64,000 nt of DNA from Eledone cirrhosa (Eukaryota). The translations under genes were made by a program, and so were the position numbers. Position 1 is the stretch's first letter. Each line of letters starts with the position of its first letter. The notes beneath the pieces were generated by a model that was not told the DNA's origin, did not search any database, and saw only the letters and a program-made list of their open reading frames with translations. This document shows positions 63,389-64,000 of this stretch, in pieces. The DNA lies in assembly GCA_964016885.1 (NCBI GenBank), contig OZ024740.1, forward strand, positions 205,530,001 through 205,594,000. Direction: 5' to 3'.

Positions 63389-64000
63389 TATGTGTAAAAG
63401 TATATTTAAATATTTTGATTTGAAGCCACCAGAAATTGTCCTTGGTTCTATGGTGCAAAAATATTTTAAGGTAAGCCTTCTATTACAATTTTATGTAAGA
63501 AACTTAGTTATCTTTTCTAAACACCAACTTAATAATAATAAAGTTAGTCATATTATTATACCCCTCCAATTCTTGATCATTTTCAAAATTATTTGAAGAT
63601 CATAGACTAATGGATTTCCTTAGAAATATGGTAAGAAAGAGTTAAACTAATGCCATTCTTATGGTTAAAAATGTATTCACTAAAGTTCAAGGCAAGTATC
63701 AATTTCAAATTTTGTTGAGTTGGGGATTAGCTAAATCTTGTCTCCTTTCACATGCTATAAGTATGAGTTGTCTATTAAGGACATATTTGTACAAAGTAAC
63801 AAATGTTCTAGAAGGTATCACAGAACCTTTTTAGACAACCTAATACAATATATGTCAACATATTTAAATATTTAAAACAGAAAGACAACAACAAGACCAA
63901 TCAATCTCTTTCTATCATGGAATTCTATGTAATATTTGTATCTACATAATAGAAATGTTAACAGATACTGAAATTATGTTAGAAAGTTTGTTATTACTGT

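Overview
AT-rich, repeat-dense eukaryotic DNA. The repeat families ((CAT/GAT)n-tailed RTE LINEs and their SINEs, tRNA-derived SINEs, Tx1, Penelope, Helitron, TTAA MITEs) look like those of an octopod cephalopod genome; this taxonomic call is inference from recognition, not a search. The only clear host gene is a two-coding-exon BTB-BACK protein with a MATH-like C-terminus (58087-58446 joined to 61083-62177, about 484 aa). Its non-coding first exon may lie near 35.0-35.1 kb in a candidate divergent promoter. The rest is mostly transposon debris: two RTE LINE copies with a PHD-like finger inside the RT, three Penelope-like elements (two with clear inverted termini), a decayed Gypsy element with near-identical LTRs and a tRNA-Trp PBS, Helitron, mariner, Tx1 and CR1-type fragments, MITEs and mini/microsatellites. 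The most notable hand-read signals are five type I hammerhead-ribozyme motifs (three with intact cores, one of them with an unusually long stem II), a weak HDV-like ribozyme candidate, a ~190-bp foldback, a head-to-tail RTE chain on (TATG)n, and a perfect 22-bp hairpin. No CRISPR or prokaryote-type system is present. Repeat boundaries were read by eye and are approximate.
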